Below are positions 9,370 to 19,535 of a stretch of 64,000 nucleotides of DNA, in pieces. Under the pieces are notes generated by a model. The model made no database searches. It was not told the origin of the DNA and was given only the letters and a program-made list of their open reading frames with translations. Position 1 is the first letter of the stretch. Every line of letters starts with the position of its first letter. The DNA is from an uncultured Coprobacillus sp. (GTDB lineage Bacteria > Bacillota_I > Bacilli_A > ML615J-28 > CAG-698), in NCBI GenBank assembly GCA_964385755.1, contig CAYLPZ010000002.1, positions 8,302 through 72,301 on the forward strand. The letters are read 5' to 3'. A program made the translations under genes and the position numbers.

Positions 9370-10761
9370 TTACTCACCTTTTGTATTATCTATTGTTTGC
9401 ATATTTTCATCACGATATCTTTTTTTAGAAGAATATTTTCCCATAAAAAACTTCTTTAGTGAATATTTATTAAAGTTAGAGAAAGGGTATAAATATAATG
9501 TATTAAAACTTTTTATGTTACTTACTATTAGTGTTGTTACAATAATACCAAGTAAAACACCAAACATACCAAGGAACATTCCCATTACAAGTAAAAACAT
9601 TCTTAGTAGTGATATAGCATTTAGGAATCGTTGATTGTTTGTGATAGCATAACCACAAATATAGGATATAGCAGTAACAACTAGATTAAATGAAGAAATA
9701 AAACCACTATTAACAGCGTTTTGGCCTATTAATAATCCACCTACTGTAATTATGACATTTTGTAAATTAATATTAGGTGATTTTGAGGATGCTAGTCTTA
9801 GAAGATCAAATAAAAAGATAATTAAGATAAATTCCATATATATTGGCAGTGTGGAACCTTTTAGTGATGATTTTATTTCCGAAATTGCAATTAGTGAAAT
9901 ATTTGTATTATGATAAGTGACTAAAGATGTGTATATACCTAAGAAATATATAGCAAAAAATATGCAAATTGTTAATAAAACTTTATGATAAATTACCATA
10001 CTTTTTTTAGCACTATAACTTTCTTTTAACGATAAAAAGAATGTTATATCAACGGGCATTACTAAAGCTATTGGTATTTGATCAATTAATAACACTACTC
10101 TGCCTTCATTTAGACTTGTACATACACTATCAGGACTTGATACTTCACCAATAGTTGGAAATATTTTACTTTTTTCTAAAAAGTTTATTAAATCATAGAT
10201 TGAATATAATGTATCAATATTTATATTAGTTAATGTTTTTTCGATATTATTTATTAAATTTTTGTTTGTAATATCATGAATATATAATAAAGAAACTAAG
10301 GTATTGCTTCTTAAACCTATATTAAAATCTTTTTGGATAATACTAGTTGATTTCATTCTTTTTTGAATTAAAGCAATATTTGTTTCAATATTTTCAACTA
10401 AACCATCACGAGGCCCGTAAATATTATTTGGTTCTAATAAACTATCTTGGATGCTCCTTCCAATATCTTTTTGACAAATACAATTATATAAGCAGTTTTC
10501 CACTTCAAATATAATATTGCCACTTGTAACATTAGTTATTATCTCATCAGAGAAAAACGAAATACGATTAAATATACCGGGATAAATCTCATTTAAAATA
10601 TGAAAATTGGTACTATTTATTTTATTTGTAAAATCATCAATGAATCTTTTGATATCTGCTAAATAGATATGATAGATAATTTTATATGTTATATCGTTAA
10701 CTCTACCAACTGTTTCTTTAATGTTTTTATTCGCACATAATTTATTGATTACATCTTCCAT
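9370..10761 (-). CDS. Spore germination protein, GerAA family (A subunit)
   Basis: Soluble N-terminal domain plus C-terminal multi-transmembrane region typical of GerA/GerKA. Overlaps the B-subunit gene. Confidence 0.75.
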   Translation of the reverse strand: MEDVINKLCANKNIKETVGRVNDITYKIIYHIYLADIKRFIDDFTNKINSTNFHILNEIYPGIFNRISFFSDEIITNVTSGNIIFEVENCLYNCICQKDIGRSIQDSLLEPNNIYGPRDGLVENIETNIALIQKRMKSTSIIQKDFNIGLRSNTLVSLLYIHDITNKNLINNIEKTLTNINIDTLYSIYDLINFLEKSKIFPTIGEVSSPDSVCTSLNEGRVVLLIDQIPIALVMPVDITFFLSLKESYSAKKSMVIYHKVLLTICIFFAIYFLGIYTSLVTYHNTNISLIAISEIKSSLKGSTLPIYMEFILIIFLFDLLRLASSKSPNINLQNVIITVGGLLIGQNAVNSGFISSFNLVVTAISYICGYAITNNQRFLNAISLLRMFLLVMGMFLGMFGVLLGIIVTTLIVSNIKSFNTLYLYPFSNFNKYSLKKFFMGKYSSKKRYRDENMQTIDNTKGE

Positions 10762-11795
10762 GCTTTTTCTCCTTTGTAGTTTTTTTGGTATTTACTATTT
10801 TTTTTAAGACTTATTATTATATATAAATAGATTAATCCAATTAAACCAAGACACACAAATAATGAATACATTAAAATACTATTAAAGATATTTGAAAACA
10901 CATAAAGAATAATTTCAAAACCTAAAAATATTAAAATAAATAAGACATTCATCTTTGACTTTTTTTTAACATTCCAAATTGATAGAAGAGTATTTACATT
11001 TAAAGCCATACGAAAACAAATAGTAACTGTCATGATAACAAGCAAGAAGATGTCAAAATTTTCAATGAATTTGTTCCCTTTAAATGTTTGCCAGCGTATA
11101 TATGAACTTTCCTTGCTTCCGAGAAAATAATTAGTTCCAAGGATGGAAATGGAATCGATAATTATTTGTAATAAATAAACTATCGATATTATCCCTGCTA
11201 TTACAAAATCCTTTTTTCGAAATCCCTCTTTAAACTGCATATAGTGATAAGCATATATGATGTTTTCCAAAGGGAATAAAAAAACTAAATATGCCTTATA
11301 GATATTTATAACTTGTTTAATATCAATTGGTAGCAATAAACTATGATTACGATCATCTTGATTAAATAGAGGAATTAAGTAGAAAACAGAGGTAAGAAGA
11401 AAGAAAATAATTCCTACATCAAAAATTCTTGTGAGCTCAAAAGTTCCAAGAATATAAAATGTTATTAATAAAACTATTAAAATGATTAAGATATTTGCTT
11501 CAGTGTAAAAATATTGTTTAATAATTAATCCTGTTAGAAATGTGTTTTCTGTGATTGCTATTAACAAATATAATGTTAATAATATTTTAATAAACTTATT
11601 TTTGAAAATATTTTTATCATCTTTTTTAATACCAGGAAACAATAAACCAATTAAAACAAATATAAGCATTACTAATAGTAATATCCACCATGAATTTTGT
11701 TTAAATTCATTTATTAATTGAATAAATGAGATTTGACTAACAATTAATATGTTACTTAATCCTAGAAATAAAATCATTTTTTTATTCGAAATCAT
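10749..11795 (-). CDS. Spore germination protein, GerAB family (B subunit, APC-type permease)
   Basis: About 10 transmembrane segments across 348 aa. First gene of the operon, with a 13-nt overlap onto the A subunit. Confidence 0.7.
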   Translation of the reverse strand: MISNKKMILFLGLSNILIVSQISFIQLINEFKQNSWWILLLVMLIFVLIGLLFPGIKKDDKNIFKNKFIKILLTLYLLIAITENTFLTGLIIKQYFYTEANILIILIVLLITFYILGTFELTRIFDVGIIFFLLTSVFYLIPLFNQDDRNHSLLLPIDIKQVINIYKAYLVFLFPLENIIYAYHYMQFKEGFRKKDFVIAGIISIVYLLQIIIDSISILGTNYFLGSKESSYIRWQTFKGNKFIENFDIFLLVIMTVTICFRMALNVNTLLSIWNVKKKSKMNVLFILIFLGFEIILYVFSNIFNSILMYSLFVCLGLIGLIYLYIIISLKKNSKYQKNYKGEKAWKM

Positions 11796-12011
11796 AAATT
11801 ATTTTCCTTTACCATTTTAAATTATTATTTTCTTTTTATTAACTATTTATGCAATAATATTTGTTTTTCTAAAAAGAAAAAATAAAAAAATGATAATAAA
11901 TTATATTATCAAATAAGCTTCTTTTATTGTTAAAAATCCAATTTTATGCTTCCTTTTGTCCATTTTTCTTTATTTTTCTAATAAAGTATAATGTTTTCGA
12001 AAGGAGGTGTT

Positions 12012-12515
12012 ATGATGTTAAATAATGTTGTATTAGTTGGAAGAGTAGTAGAAGAACCTAAACTAGTAAAAACTGAGAAGGGGATAAAAGTTGCAAATAT
12101 TATTTTAGCAGTACAAAGACCATTTAAGAATGAAAATAATCAATATGATACGGATTTCATTCCACTACAAACTTGGTCAGGACTTGCGGAAGTGGTGTGT
12201 GAATATGTTGGTAAAGGATCTATTATTGGTGCTAATTGTAGACTATCAACACATAATATTGAAGTTGGTGATTTAATTATGCGTACAGTAGATGTTGTAG
12301 CAGAATATATTTCTTTTATTAAACTTAATTCACGTATTGTAAAAAATGACAAAACTGAAAAATCTAATAATGTAAACGTAGAAATTAATGAAGATGTTGA
12401 AACGAAAGAGAAATCTAATGTAGAAAGTAATAATTTAGAAATGTTAGAACAAGAACAAACAGAAACTGTAAAGTCAAATAAAGTTAATAAAAAAGCTAAA
12501 GATGAAATTAAATAA
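12012..12515 (+). CDS. Single-stranded DNA-binding protein paralog (OB fold, no acidic DDDIPF tail)
   Basis: SSB OB-fold N-terminus (MMLNNVVLVGRVVEEPKL…TDFIPLQTWSGLAE). RBS AAAGGAGGTG precedes the ATG at 12012. The C-terminus is Lys/Glu/Asn-rich and ends …KKAKDEIK. Confidence 0.7.
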   Translation: MMLNNVVLVGRVVEEPKLVKTEKGIKVANIILAVQRPFKNENNQYDTDFIPLQTWSGLAEVVCEYVGKGSIIGANCRLSTHNIEVGDLIMRTVDVVAEYISFIKLNSRIVKNDKTEKSNNVNVEINEDVETKEKSNVESNNLEMLEQEQTETVKSNKVNKKAKDEIK

Positions 12516-12600
12516 TAAATTGCGTAATGAATAAGTGACAATAAAAATAAATAGTTCTTGGTTATATTACTCTTGCGTGTTACTGCAATTTTTTTCTTAA

Positions 12601-12637
12601 AAAAACCTCTGATGAAAATCAGAGGGTTTATTTTTTA
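12601..12637. terminator. Rho-independent (bidirectional) terminator
   Basis: AACCTCTGAT-GAAA-ATCAGAGGGTT followed by TTTATTTTTT. Confidence 0.7.
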
Positions 12638-13117
12638 AAGAACGCTAAACCAATTGTACCAGAGTAAATAGCATCAAATGGTTTATTTTCATCGATTCCA
12701 CCTGACTTTGTTACTATTTTAGTGATAATTTTATTGGTATATAATTTTATTTCAAGTAGTAGAAAAAATAAAGATTTCTTAAGGTTAATCTTTAAAGCTA
12801 ATTTTAAATATTCTTATTTAGAGATAATTAATAATTTATTACTTTCTAAAAGTTCCAATTTTACAGCACAAGAAAAGAATACTATAATAATATGGGCTGG
12901 AGGTATAGTTAATAGAATTATTTAGTGGATCGATGATGACTATAATGAAATTTAATTAATGCCTTCGAAATACTGTTATGAGAATTTGAAAAAATTTAGT
13001 ATAAAAGCACCCCGGTAGACTCTAAATCTATCGGGGTTATCTATTTGTTTTCTTTATATTATTTTTGCAAAACGGAAAGTAGAGAACATCAATATCTTTC
13101 AAAAATGTTCAAACTTT

Positions 13118-13474
13118 TTATGGATGAAGATAAAAAGCAAGAAAGATGATCATTTCAATTAGTACAGGTATTGCAATAAATGAAGATAATCTAATAATAA
13201 TATTTTTGTCTTTATTGTTATTTTTATTTCTTCTATTATATATTATTAATAATACAACATTAATCAGTGCTGATATGCCATATGCTATTGAACCATAGAT
13301 TAATAGTGCTAATAGAATCACTACTAAAGCAATTTTATATGTTTCTTCACCATTTGCATTAAGATAAGAATTATGATATTCAATCCATAAAAAAGTAAAA
13401 ATAATCGTTGCAATAATGGTAATAATTATAGAGGTAATATGCATGATTTTTTCTAGTTTTTTCATTTTAATCAC
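13118..13474 (-). CDS. Hypothetical small membrane protein
   Basis: 118 aa with 3-4 hydrophobic helices. No recognisable family. Confidence 0.35.
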   Translation of the reverse strand: MIKMKKLEKIMHITSIIITIIATIIFTFLWIEYHNSYLNANGEETYKIALVVILLALLIYGSIAYGISALINVVLLIIYNRRNKNNNKDKNIIIRLSSFIAIPVLIEMIIFLAFYLHP

Positions 13475-13747
13475 TCCTTATTATATTATTAACTATTTAA
13501 TAATATATATGCAATTATTAATTTTTATTTGTATCCATTCTTTCATTTCTGTAATACTTGAAAGCACGGAAAATGAACCAAGGCGATAATATCTGTACTA
13601 AGAGAAAATAATAAAAACTTTATAAGCCTAATAAATTCTTTCGTATAAACAACCTTTTATGTAATTATTTTAGCATATTTTGTTTTTGTTTTCTAGTAAT
13701 GATTGTAGATATAAGTATACAGCATATTAAACAGATAATATATTACA

Positions 13748-13870
13748 ATGTTTCATAAATTTATAAAAAAAACGAATTCTATTCTAAAATGGCTAAAATA
13801 CCATATAATAATTAAAAAAATTAGCCTTACGAAAGAAGACTAATAGATTTACTTTAATGTGTCATTACTA
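13748..13870. repeat. Copy 1 of a roughly 120-bp intergenic repeat family (ATGTTTCATAAATTTATAAAAAAA…GGCTAAAAT…TTAGCCTTAC…AGAAGACTAATAGATTT…GTCATTACT)
   Basis: Near-identical to 16659-16782 and partly to 17527-17624. Flanked on both sides by AAATGTTTCA-like short direct repeats. Confidence 0.7.
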
Positions 13871-13967
13871 CAAAATGTTTCATATTTGAGTTTTACGCTA
13901 CAAAATGTTTCACTACGCAACTTTAAGCAGTAATGACTAAATTATATTAATAATACAATAAATGTGT

Positions 13968-15203
13968 TTAATTTTTTAAACAACCAATAGGTATTACAAA
14001 AACACCATCTTCACGTTTATAACCATATTGTCCACCTGTAATTACTATTTTTAAATCTGGTAATCTTAATGGGCATTGTTTTTCATGTTCGTTATATTCT
14101 CTGACTAATTTCTCTATTTCGTTTAAATGTTTTGCACCTAGTTCAATTTCATTACTGCCAAGTTTAATTTCTATTAATGCGTATCGTCCATCATTAAGAT
14201 GAAGAACACAATCAGCTTCTAATCCATATCTATCTCTATAATAAGAAACTTTACCATCAAAAGTTTGAGAATAAATCTTTAAATCTCTAATAACTAATGA
14301 TTCAAATAAAAACCCTAATGTTTTAAAATCCAAATTAAAATATTCTGGAGAAATACCAAGTGCTGCAACAGCAATAGAAGGATCAATAAAATTTCTTTTT
14401 TTACTAGAACGAATAGAAGTTTTAGATCTAATCGCAGGACACCATGCATCAATATCTTCTACTATATATAATTTTTCTAATACTGATAAATAATCATTAA
14501 ATGTACGTTCAGACAATTCACAGTTTGCTATTACATCTTTATATATTGTTTGATTTGTACTTAAAGTACATAGATTTCTTGCATATGATTTCATTATTGT
14601 TTCCATCCATATAGGATTTCTTTTTACATCATCAATGCTTGAAGCATCCACATGGGCTGTTTGGTAAAATAAATCCTTGGCAACATTTAACTTTAAATTT
14701 TCTTTTTTTATTTTAAAACAACTCGGCCAACCACCACGACAAATAGCATTAATTAATCCATCAATATCTAGGTCAGAAATACATCCATCAAACATATTAG
14801 GATTATTAAACAACTCAATTAAAGAGATTTCGCCATTTGATTCTTCTGACTCATACAAACTGAGTGGTAACATCTTCATCCTACTGATTCTCATTGTTCC
14901 AGTATGTGGTGTCTTTACATCTTTAGAAGAAGAACCTGTTAGAATATATAATCCTGTTTTTTGCTCATCATCAATTGATTTTCTAATAGCTCCCCAAATT
15001 TTTGGAGCATCTTGCCATTCATCAAATAACCTTGGCTTTTCTCCTATTAATAATTTACTAGGACTTGTTTGAGCAACCATCAAATATTTATCTCTATTTT
15101 CTTCATCCTGAAATTCAATGAAACTTTTTGAAAAGTATTTTGCTGTTGTAGTTTTGCCACATCCTTTTGGACCAACTATTAATACACCACCAAAACTTTC
15201 CAA
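13968..15203 (-). CDS. AAA-family ATPase with C-terminal DUF4143 domain (COG1373)
   Basis: Walker A GPKGCGKTT at the N-terminus and a DUF4143-like C-terminus. A family commonly found on mobile or accessory islands. Confidence 0.7.
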   Translation of the reverse strand: MESFGGVLIVGPKGCGKTTTAKYFSKSFIEFQDEENRDKYLMVAQTSPSKLLIGEKPRLFDEWQDAPKIWGAIRKSIDDEQKTGLYILTGSSSKDVKTPHTGTMRISRMKMLPLSLYESEESNGEISLIELFNNPNMFDGCISDLDIDGLINAICRGGWPSCFKIKKENLKLNVAKDLFYQTAHVDASSIDDVKRNPIWMETIMKSYARNLCTLSTNQTIYKDVIANCELSERTFNDYLSVLEKLYIVEDIDAWCPAIRSKTSIRSSKKRNFIDPSIAVAALGISPEYFNLDFKTLGFLFESLVIRDLKIYSQTFDGKVSYYRDRYGLEADCVLHLNDGRYALIEIKLGSNEIELGAKHLNEIEKLVREYNEHEKQCPLRLPDLKIVITGGQYGYKREDGVFVIPIGCLKN

Positions 15204-15286
15204 TTTCTCTTTTAATATTTTATAAGCATTCTTTTCTTATAATTCATTTTTATCACCAACTTAACTAAACAATAATTATAATTAAA

Positions 15287-16389
15287 TTGCAAGCATTTGA
15301 GATATTTTGTTGCAAGGTTTTGAGGTATTTTGTTGCAAGATTTTGGTGTTGTTTTAAAGTCAAAATTTATAACAAAAATATTATAAACTATTGTATTAAT
15401 ATATTTTATTTAATGATTCATGAAATGAATTATGATTTCATTAAAAAGATATATCAAAACAAAGAAGAACTAACCAAGTATAATGGATATTATGTTATAG
15501 GTATAGGTGGTAGTGATATAAGAATTCCTACTACTAAAGAAAATTATTAATTCTTTGGTTACCAACACAGACAAAATCAAAGTATCATTGATGATGCATG
15601 TCTTGCGTCTATATCATGTGCCTATGACTGTCTAAATAAATATATATTAGATAGTCAAATTAATAAGTACAAATATCCAGAAGTAGATTCCAGTATAGTT
15701 CATATTAATAACATTAATAATATTTTATCAGATAATGAAACCTTATATGTTTTTGATAGAGGGTATTTTTGTTTTAGACTATTATATGAAGTTTTTAATA
15801 AAAATTTTATATTTAGGCTAAGAAGTGTTTTTTTAAAAAGAGAACAAGAATCATTAAAAAGCAATGATGAGATGGTCAATATAGAATTTACGATTAGAAG
15901 CAGAAATTTAGTAAAGGAGTATCCTTAAGTTAGAACGTATTTTATTAATAATAAAATTAATCACGTTTTGTTACGATAGAATTACCCAATGGTAATAAAG
16001 AAGTATTAGTCACAAATTTAACATCTGATAAAATGAGTTATGATAATATAAAAGAATTATGTCATTTAAGATGGAATATAGAAACAAGTTATCGTACATT
16101 AAAATCACAAATGAAAGTAGAAGAATTTAGTGGTTATCTACCTGATATCATTAAACAAGATATTTATGTTAGTGTTATGTTATATAATTTAATTAGCGGA
16201 ATTTTGAATGAAAACAAACCTGAAATAGATGAGACAAAATATAAATGTAAAATGAAAGTAAATAGAAACTTCTCTATAGGAGTAATTAAATCATATTTAA
16301 TACAAATTATATTAGCTGATAAAGAAAAGAAAAAAACACTCCAAGCAGAAATGATTAAACAAATTCAAAAAAAATATAATTCCTATTAG
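15287..16389 (+). mobile_element. Degraded IS4/IS5-superfamily DDE transposase (pseudogene in 3 frames)
   Basis: Three fragments: …YVIGIGGSDIRIP… (first D motif); …LYVFDRGYFCFRLL… (DRGY motif); …LRWNIETSYRTLKSQMKVEEF… (YREK-like C-terminus). Interrupted by stops and frameshifts. A 22-bp tandem duplication sits at 15300-15350. Confidence 0.55.
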
Positions 16390-16658
16390 AAGAGATATTA
16401 CAAATAAAAGAAAAATGGATCCTAAAAATAAATGTTCAATGAGCTATAAAAAGAGTTTTTAAAAAAGTGATTCTTTTTAGTGCGCACTTTTTTCAAAAAT
16501 TAAAGAACAAGGTTAATTATTCTATTAAATAATAGTGTATAAACTTGTTTTTATTTTGCCTTATATAAAATATTATAAGTATCACTTCTTAAGTTGATGA
16601 TATTACGTAAGTTAATGGTTCGAGTCCATGACAAGTCTCCTTAGGTATTTAAACCTAA

Positions 16659-16782
16659 ATGTTTCATAAATTTATAAAAAAAGAAGAATTCTATTCTAAA
16701 ATGGCTAAAATATCATATAAAATTAAAAAAAATTAGCCTTACTAAAGAAGACTAATAGATTTATTTTATTGTGTCATTACTA
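16659..16782. repeat. Copy 2 of the roughly 120-bp intergenic repeat family
   Basis: Aligns over its full length with 13748-13870 (about 90% identity by eye). Confidence 0.7.
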
Positions 16783-17012
16783 TGCAACTAAATGTTTCGA
16801 CGCACCTGAGTAGTACGTAACTGACTATAAGTAAATAAAAGTTCCCATTAAATGTGCTACTATTTGATTTAATGGGAACTTTTCACTATTTAAATATTAA
16901 CTTTCCAATATCCTGTTTTGTTTGACCCGATTCTTTCTATTAAATTTATTTTCTTAAATTTTACAATAGCATTTTGAATAGTTGTTTTACCCATTCCCAA
17001 TAATGAAGCAAT

Positions 17013-17512
17013 TTAAGGTTGAGACATTCGAGGATTTTCTTTAATTTTCTTTAAAATTTTTATTTCATTATTAGTTAACTTATCTACCAATTTATCTATC
17101 GGATTATCTACCAAATCAGCTTCAAATTTATGTTTCCAATTATATGATAAAGTTACTTTTATTGAACTTTCATTAATTTCAAACGCTTCCCTTCCATATC
17201 TTGACACAATAAGGGGAACACCTTTTCCTATTCTTTCACTCAGATGAGATGATAAGAATATAACAGATAGATCTTCATTAACAGGTTTACTCTCTCCTCT
17301 AAAAAAACCTTCAATTGTTTGATTAGGTGCTAGTGAAGAAAAAGATGTTATCTCTATTCGATCATCAAAAAACGTAATCATCGGCGAAGCACGATGAGTC
17401 CAGTTGTTGTGAATGAATGCATTTTTCACTGCTTCATTAAAACATTCCTGATCAAATAGTGGAACATCTTCCCTAAATCCCGTTTCGAAATGTTCTATCG
17501 CTCTAGAAATAT
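17013..17512 (-). pseudogene. 5'-truncated COG2865-type regulator; only the HATPase_c_4 (RecG C-terminal-like) domain remains
   Basis: …EAVKNAFIHNNW…SPMITFFDDRIEITS… matches the HATPase_c_4 signature. The open frame continues upstream of the annotated Met to about 17512, where it abuts repeat copy 3. The N-terminal AlbA_2/Schlafen domain is missing. Confidence 0.55.
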
Positions 17513-17526
17513 TTATAACTTTTTAT

Positions 17527-17624
17527 ATATAAATCTATAAAAAATAAGGTATTCTAACCATTATTAGCTAAAATATCATATAAAATGCAAAAAACAAGCC
17601 TTACTAAAGAAGACTAATAGATTT
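17527..17624. repeat. Copy 3 (partial) of the roughly 120-bp intergenic repeat family
   Basis: Shares …TATAAAAAA…ATTCTA…GCTAAAATATCATATAAAAT…AGCCTTACTAAAGAAGACTAATAGATTT with copies 1 and 2. Confidence 0.55.
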
Positions 17625-17688
17625 CAAAAAATGTCTAACTGCTATGATATCTATCTTATTAAAAGGTGTATGGGACGATAAGTCTTTT

Positions 17689-17952
17689 TTAAAATTTTTT
17701 AAGTATATCGTGGTGGCCTATATCAATTAAAATAATTAATTCTTCATTTTCGAAATACCATATTATTCTTATATCCATATTTATACTACTTTCGTACAGA
17801 TCTTTTTGGCCTTTTATCTTTTTTGTTCTTAATGATGGATGCAATACATTTTCCACAAACAACTTCATTTTATTTTGAAACTGAATTTGTTCATTATTAG
17901 TAAGATCATTAAAAGCTTTTTTAAATCTTTCAGTATATGCTAATTTATACAT
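17689..17952 (-). CDS. Type II toxin, RelE/ParE family
   Basis: 87 aa with a RelE-like C-terminus (…IIWYFENEELIILIDIGHH…). The stop of the upstream antitoxin gene lies 3 nt away. Confidence 0.6.
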   Translation of the reverse strand: MYKLAYTERFKKAFNDLTNNEQIQFQNKMKLFVENVLHPSLRTKKIKGQKDLYESSINMDIRIIWYFENEELIILIDIGHHDILKKF

Positions 17953-17955
17953 AAG

Positions 17956-18222
17956 CTACTCCTTACTATCATCTTTAAGACTCTTTAACAAATCATCTAC
18001 ATTGTTAAATGTATTATATTCGAATTTTACATCCTCCCTCAATACTTGAATTTCTTCTGCTAATTTTAATATATATTCTTTAGGATATACAGCGACAGGT
18101 TCAAGCTTAATACTACCATTTTCAATTGATACTTCAAATTTATCTCCTTCTTGTAAATTTAAATTTTTTACAATTTCCTTTGGTAACGTGATTTGGGATT
18201 TCTTTCTTAATTCAATAATCAT
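17956..18222 (-). CDS. Type II antitoxin, AbrB/MazE/SpoVT-fold DNA-binding protein
   Basis: N-terminal swapped-hairpin motif …SQITLPKEIVKNLNLQEGDKFEV…. Gene order antitoxin then toxin. Confidence 0.6.
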   Translation of the reverse strand: MIIELRKKSQITLPKEIVKNLNLQEGDKFEVSIENGSIKLEPVAVYPKEYILKLAEEIQVLREDVKFEYNTFNNVDDLLKSLKDDSKE

Positions 18223-18504
18223 AATATCCTCCTTGTTGGAAATTCCTACTTTCCTACTATATTATATCATACCTAAATAAAATTATCAACTATTTTAAAT
18301 AAAAAAGAATTCAAATCCCATTAAACGACTATTTTTCCAACACCTTTAAAATAACCCTTATTCAAATCTCTTTAATTGAACAAAAACTAAAATATCCAAA
18401 GGAAATAAAAAAAATTGCTCCAAATATGGAACAAAATCTTTAAAATAGGTCTTAAAACCTCTATATAATTACTATAAATCTGATGACTTATAGACACATT
18501 CTAA

Positions 18505-18579
18505 TGGAGCAGGTAACGGGGATCGAACCCGCATCTTAGCCATGGCAAGGCCACATAATAGCCATTATACGATACCTGC
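18505..18579 (-). tRNA. tRNA-Gly (anticodon GCC), CCA encoded
   Basis: Manual fold: acceptor GCAGGTA/TACCTGC, anticodon stem TGGCC/GGCTA with loop TTGCCAT, T-loop GGTTCGATCC, discriminator T plus CCA. Confidence 0.85.
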
Positions 18580-18749
18580 ATTTTGCTTTCTCAACAAAAG
18601 CAATAATATTATATCAAATAGATTTCATAAATGCAAGTGTTTTTTTAAAAAAATTAAAAAAAATAAATTTAATAATAATTAAAAAAATAAATTTAATAAT
18701 AATTGTAAATAAATAGATTTTTATGTATAATAATAGTAGAGGTGATTGT

Positions 18750-19481
18750 ATGGAAAATTTGAATATTGTTGATTATATTGTCTTAGGAATTATATTATTG
18801 TTTGCTATTATATTCTTTTTTAAAGGTTTCATTAAATCGCTTTTTTCATTAACTAAGAAAGTTTTAGCAATTTTTCTTTCATTTTTGCTTGTTAAGCCAG
18901 TTAGTGGTATTTTATTAGGCACTAGTCTTGGTGATTCTGCTCGTTCATCTGTGCTTGATTGGGTAGTATCTAAGCTTGGTGATGTTGCTAATATTACTAA
19001 TCCTACTTCAGAACAAATTGGTGAATTATCATCATCTTTAAATATTCCTAAATTTATTTGTGATTGGATTTTTCAAGGCTTTGAGAATAATCTTGCTGAT
19101 TGTACTTTAGGCGAAGCAATTAGCAAAACTATTACTTATTATGCGTTTAATATATTAACTTTCATTGCATTATTCATTATCCTAAGTATTTTAATTTGGA
19201 TTGTTGTTAAAGTTCTTAATAAAGTTGTGGAAACACCTTTATTAAAACCAATAAATAGACTTTTAGGATTTGCATTAGGTGCTGTTTATGGTGCATTGAT
19301 TGTTTCCGTAATTTTCCTAGGAATGAGTGCTTTATCTTCATGGGATTTTATTAATAACATTATTCAAACGTATATTGATCCGTTAAATGAGTCCTTTGGC
19401 GTTGCAAGGTTCCTTTACAATAATAATTTACTTGTTTTGATATATGAAAATATTATTAATATTGAGAATATTTTTGGTTAA
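18750..19481 (+). CDS. CvpA-family membrane protein
   Basis: N-terminus MENLNIVDYIVLGIILLFAIIFFFKGFIKS… matches the CvpA pattern. Four transmembrane segments. Confidence 0.5.
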   Translation: MENLNIVDYIVLGIILLFAIIFFFKGFIKSLFSLTKKVLAIFLSFLLVKPVSGILLGTSLGDSARSSVLDWVVSKLGDVANITNPTSEQIGELSSSLNIPKFICDWIFQGFENNLADCTLGEAISKTITYYAFNILTFIALFIILSILIWIVVKVLNKVVETPLLKPINRLLGFALGAVYGALIVSVIFLGMSALSSWDFINNIIQTYIDPLNESFGVARFLYNNNLLVLIYENIINIENIFG

Positions 19482-19535
19482 TTAGATTAAAATAAAAACA
19501 TTATTTACTCATTATGAATAAATAATGTTTTTTTA

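Noticed and set aside
12722-12925. 67-aa ORF and a roughly 35-aa minus-strand fragment ending at the 12601 terminator
   Set aside because: No RBS or family resemblance; probably non-coding or tiny gene debris at the island edge.
16560-16645. tRNA-like T-arm (GGTTCGAGTCC) next to the transposase remnant, considered as a duplicated tRNA 3' end marking an integration site
   Set aside because: Only a 4-bp T-stem can be drawn, and no convincing anticodon arm or acceptor stem; likely a chance match.
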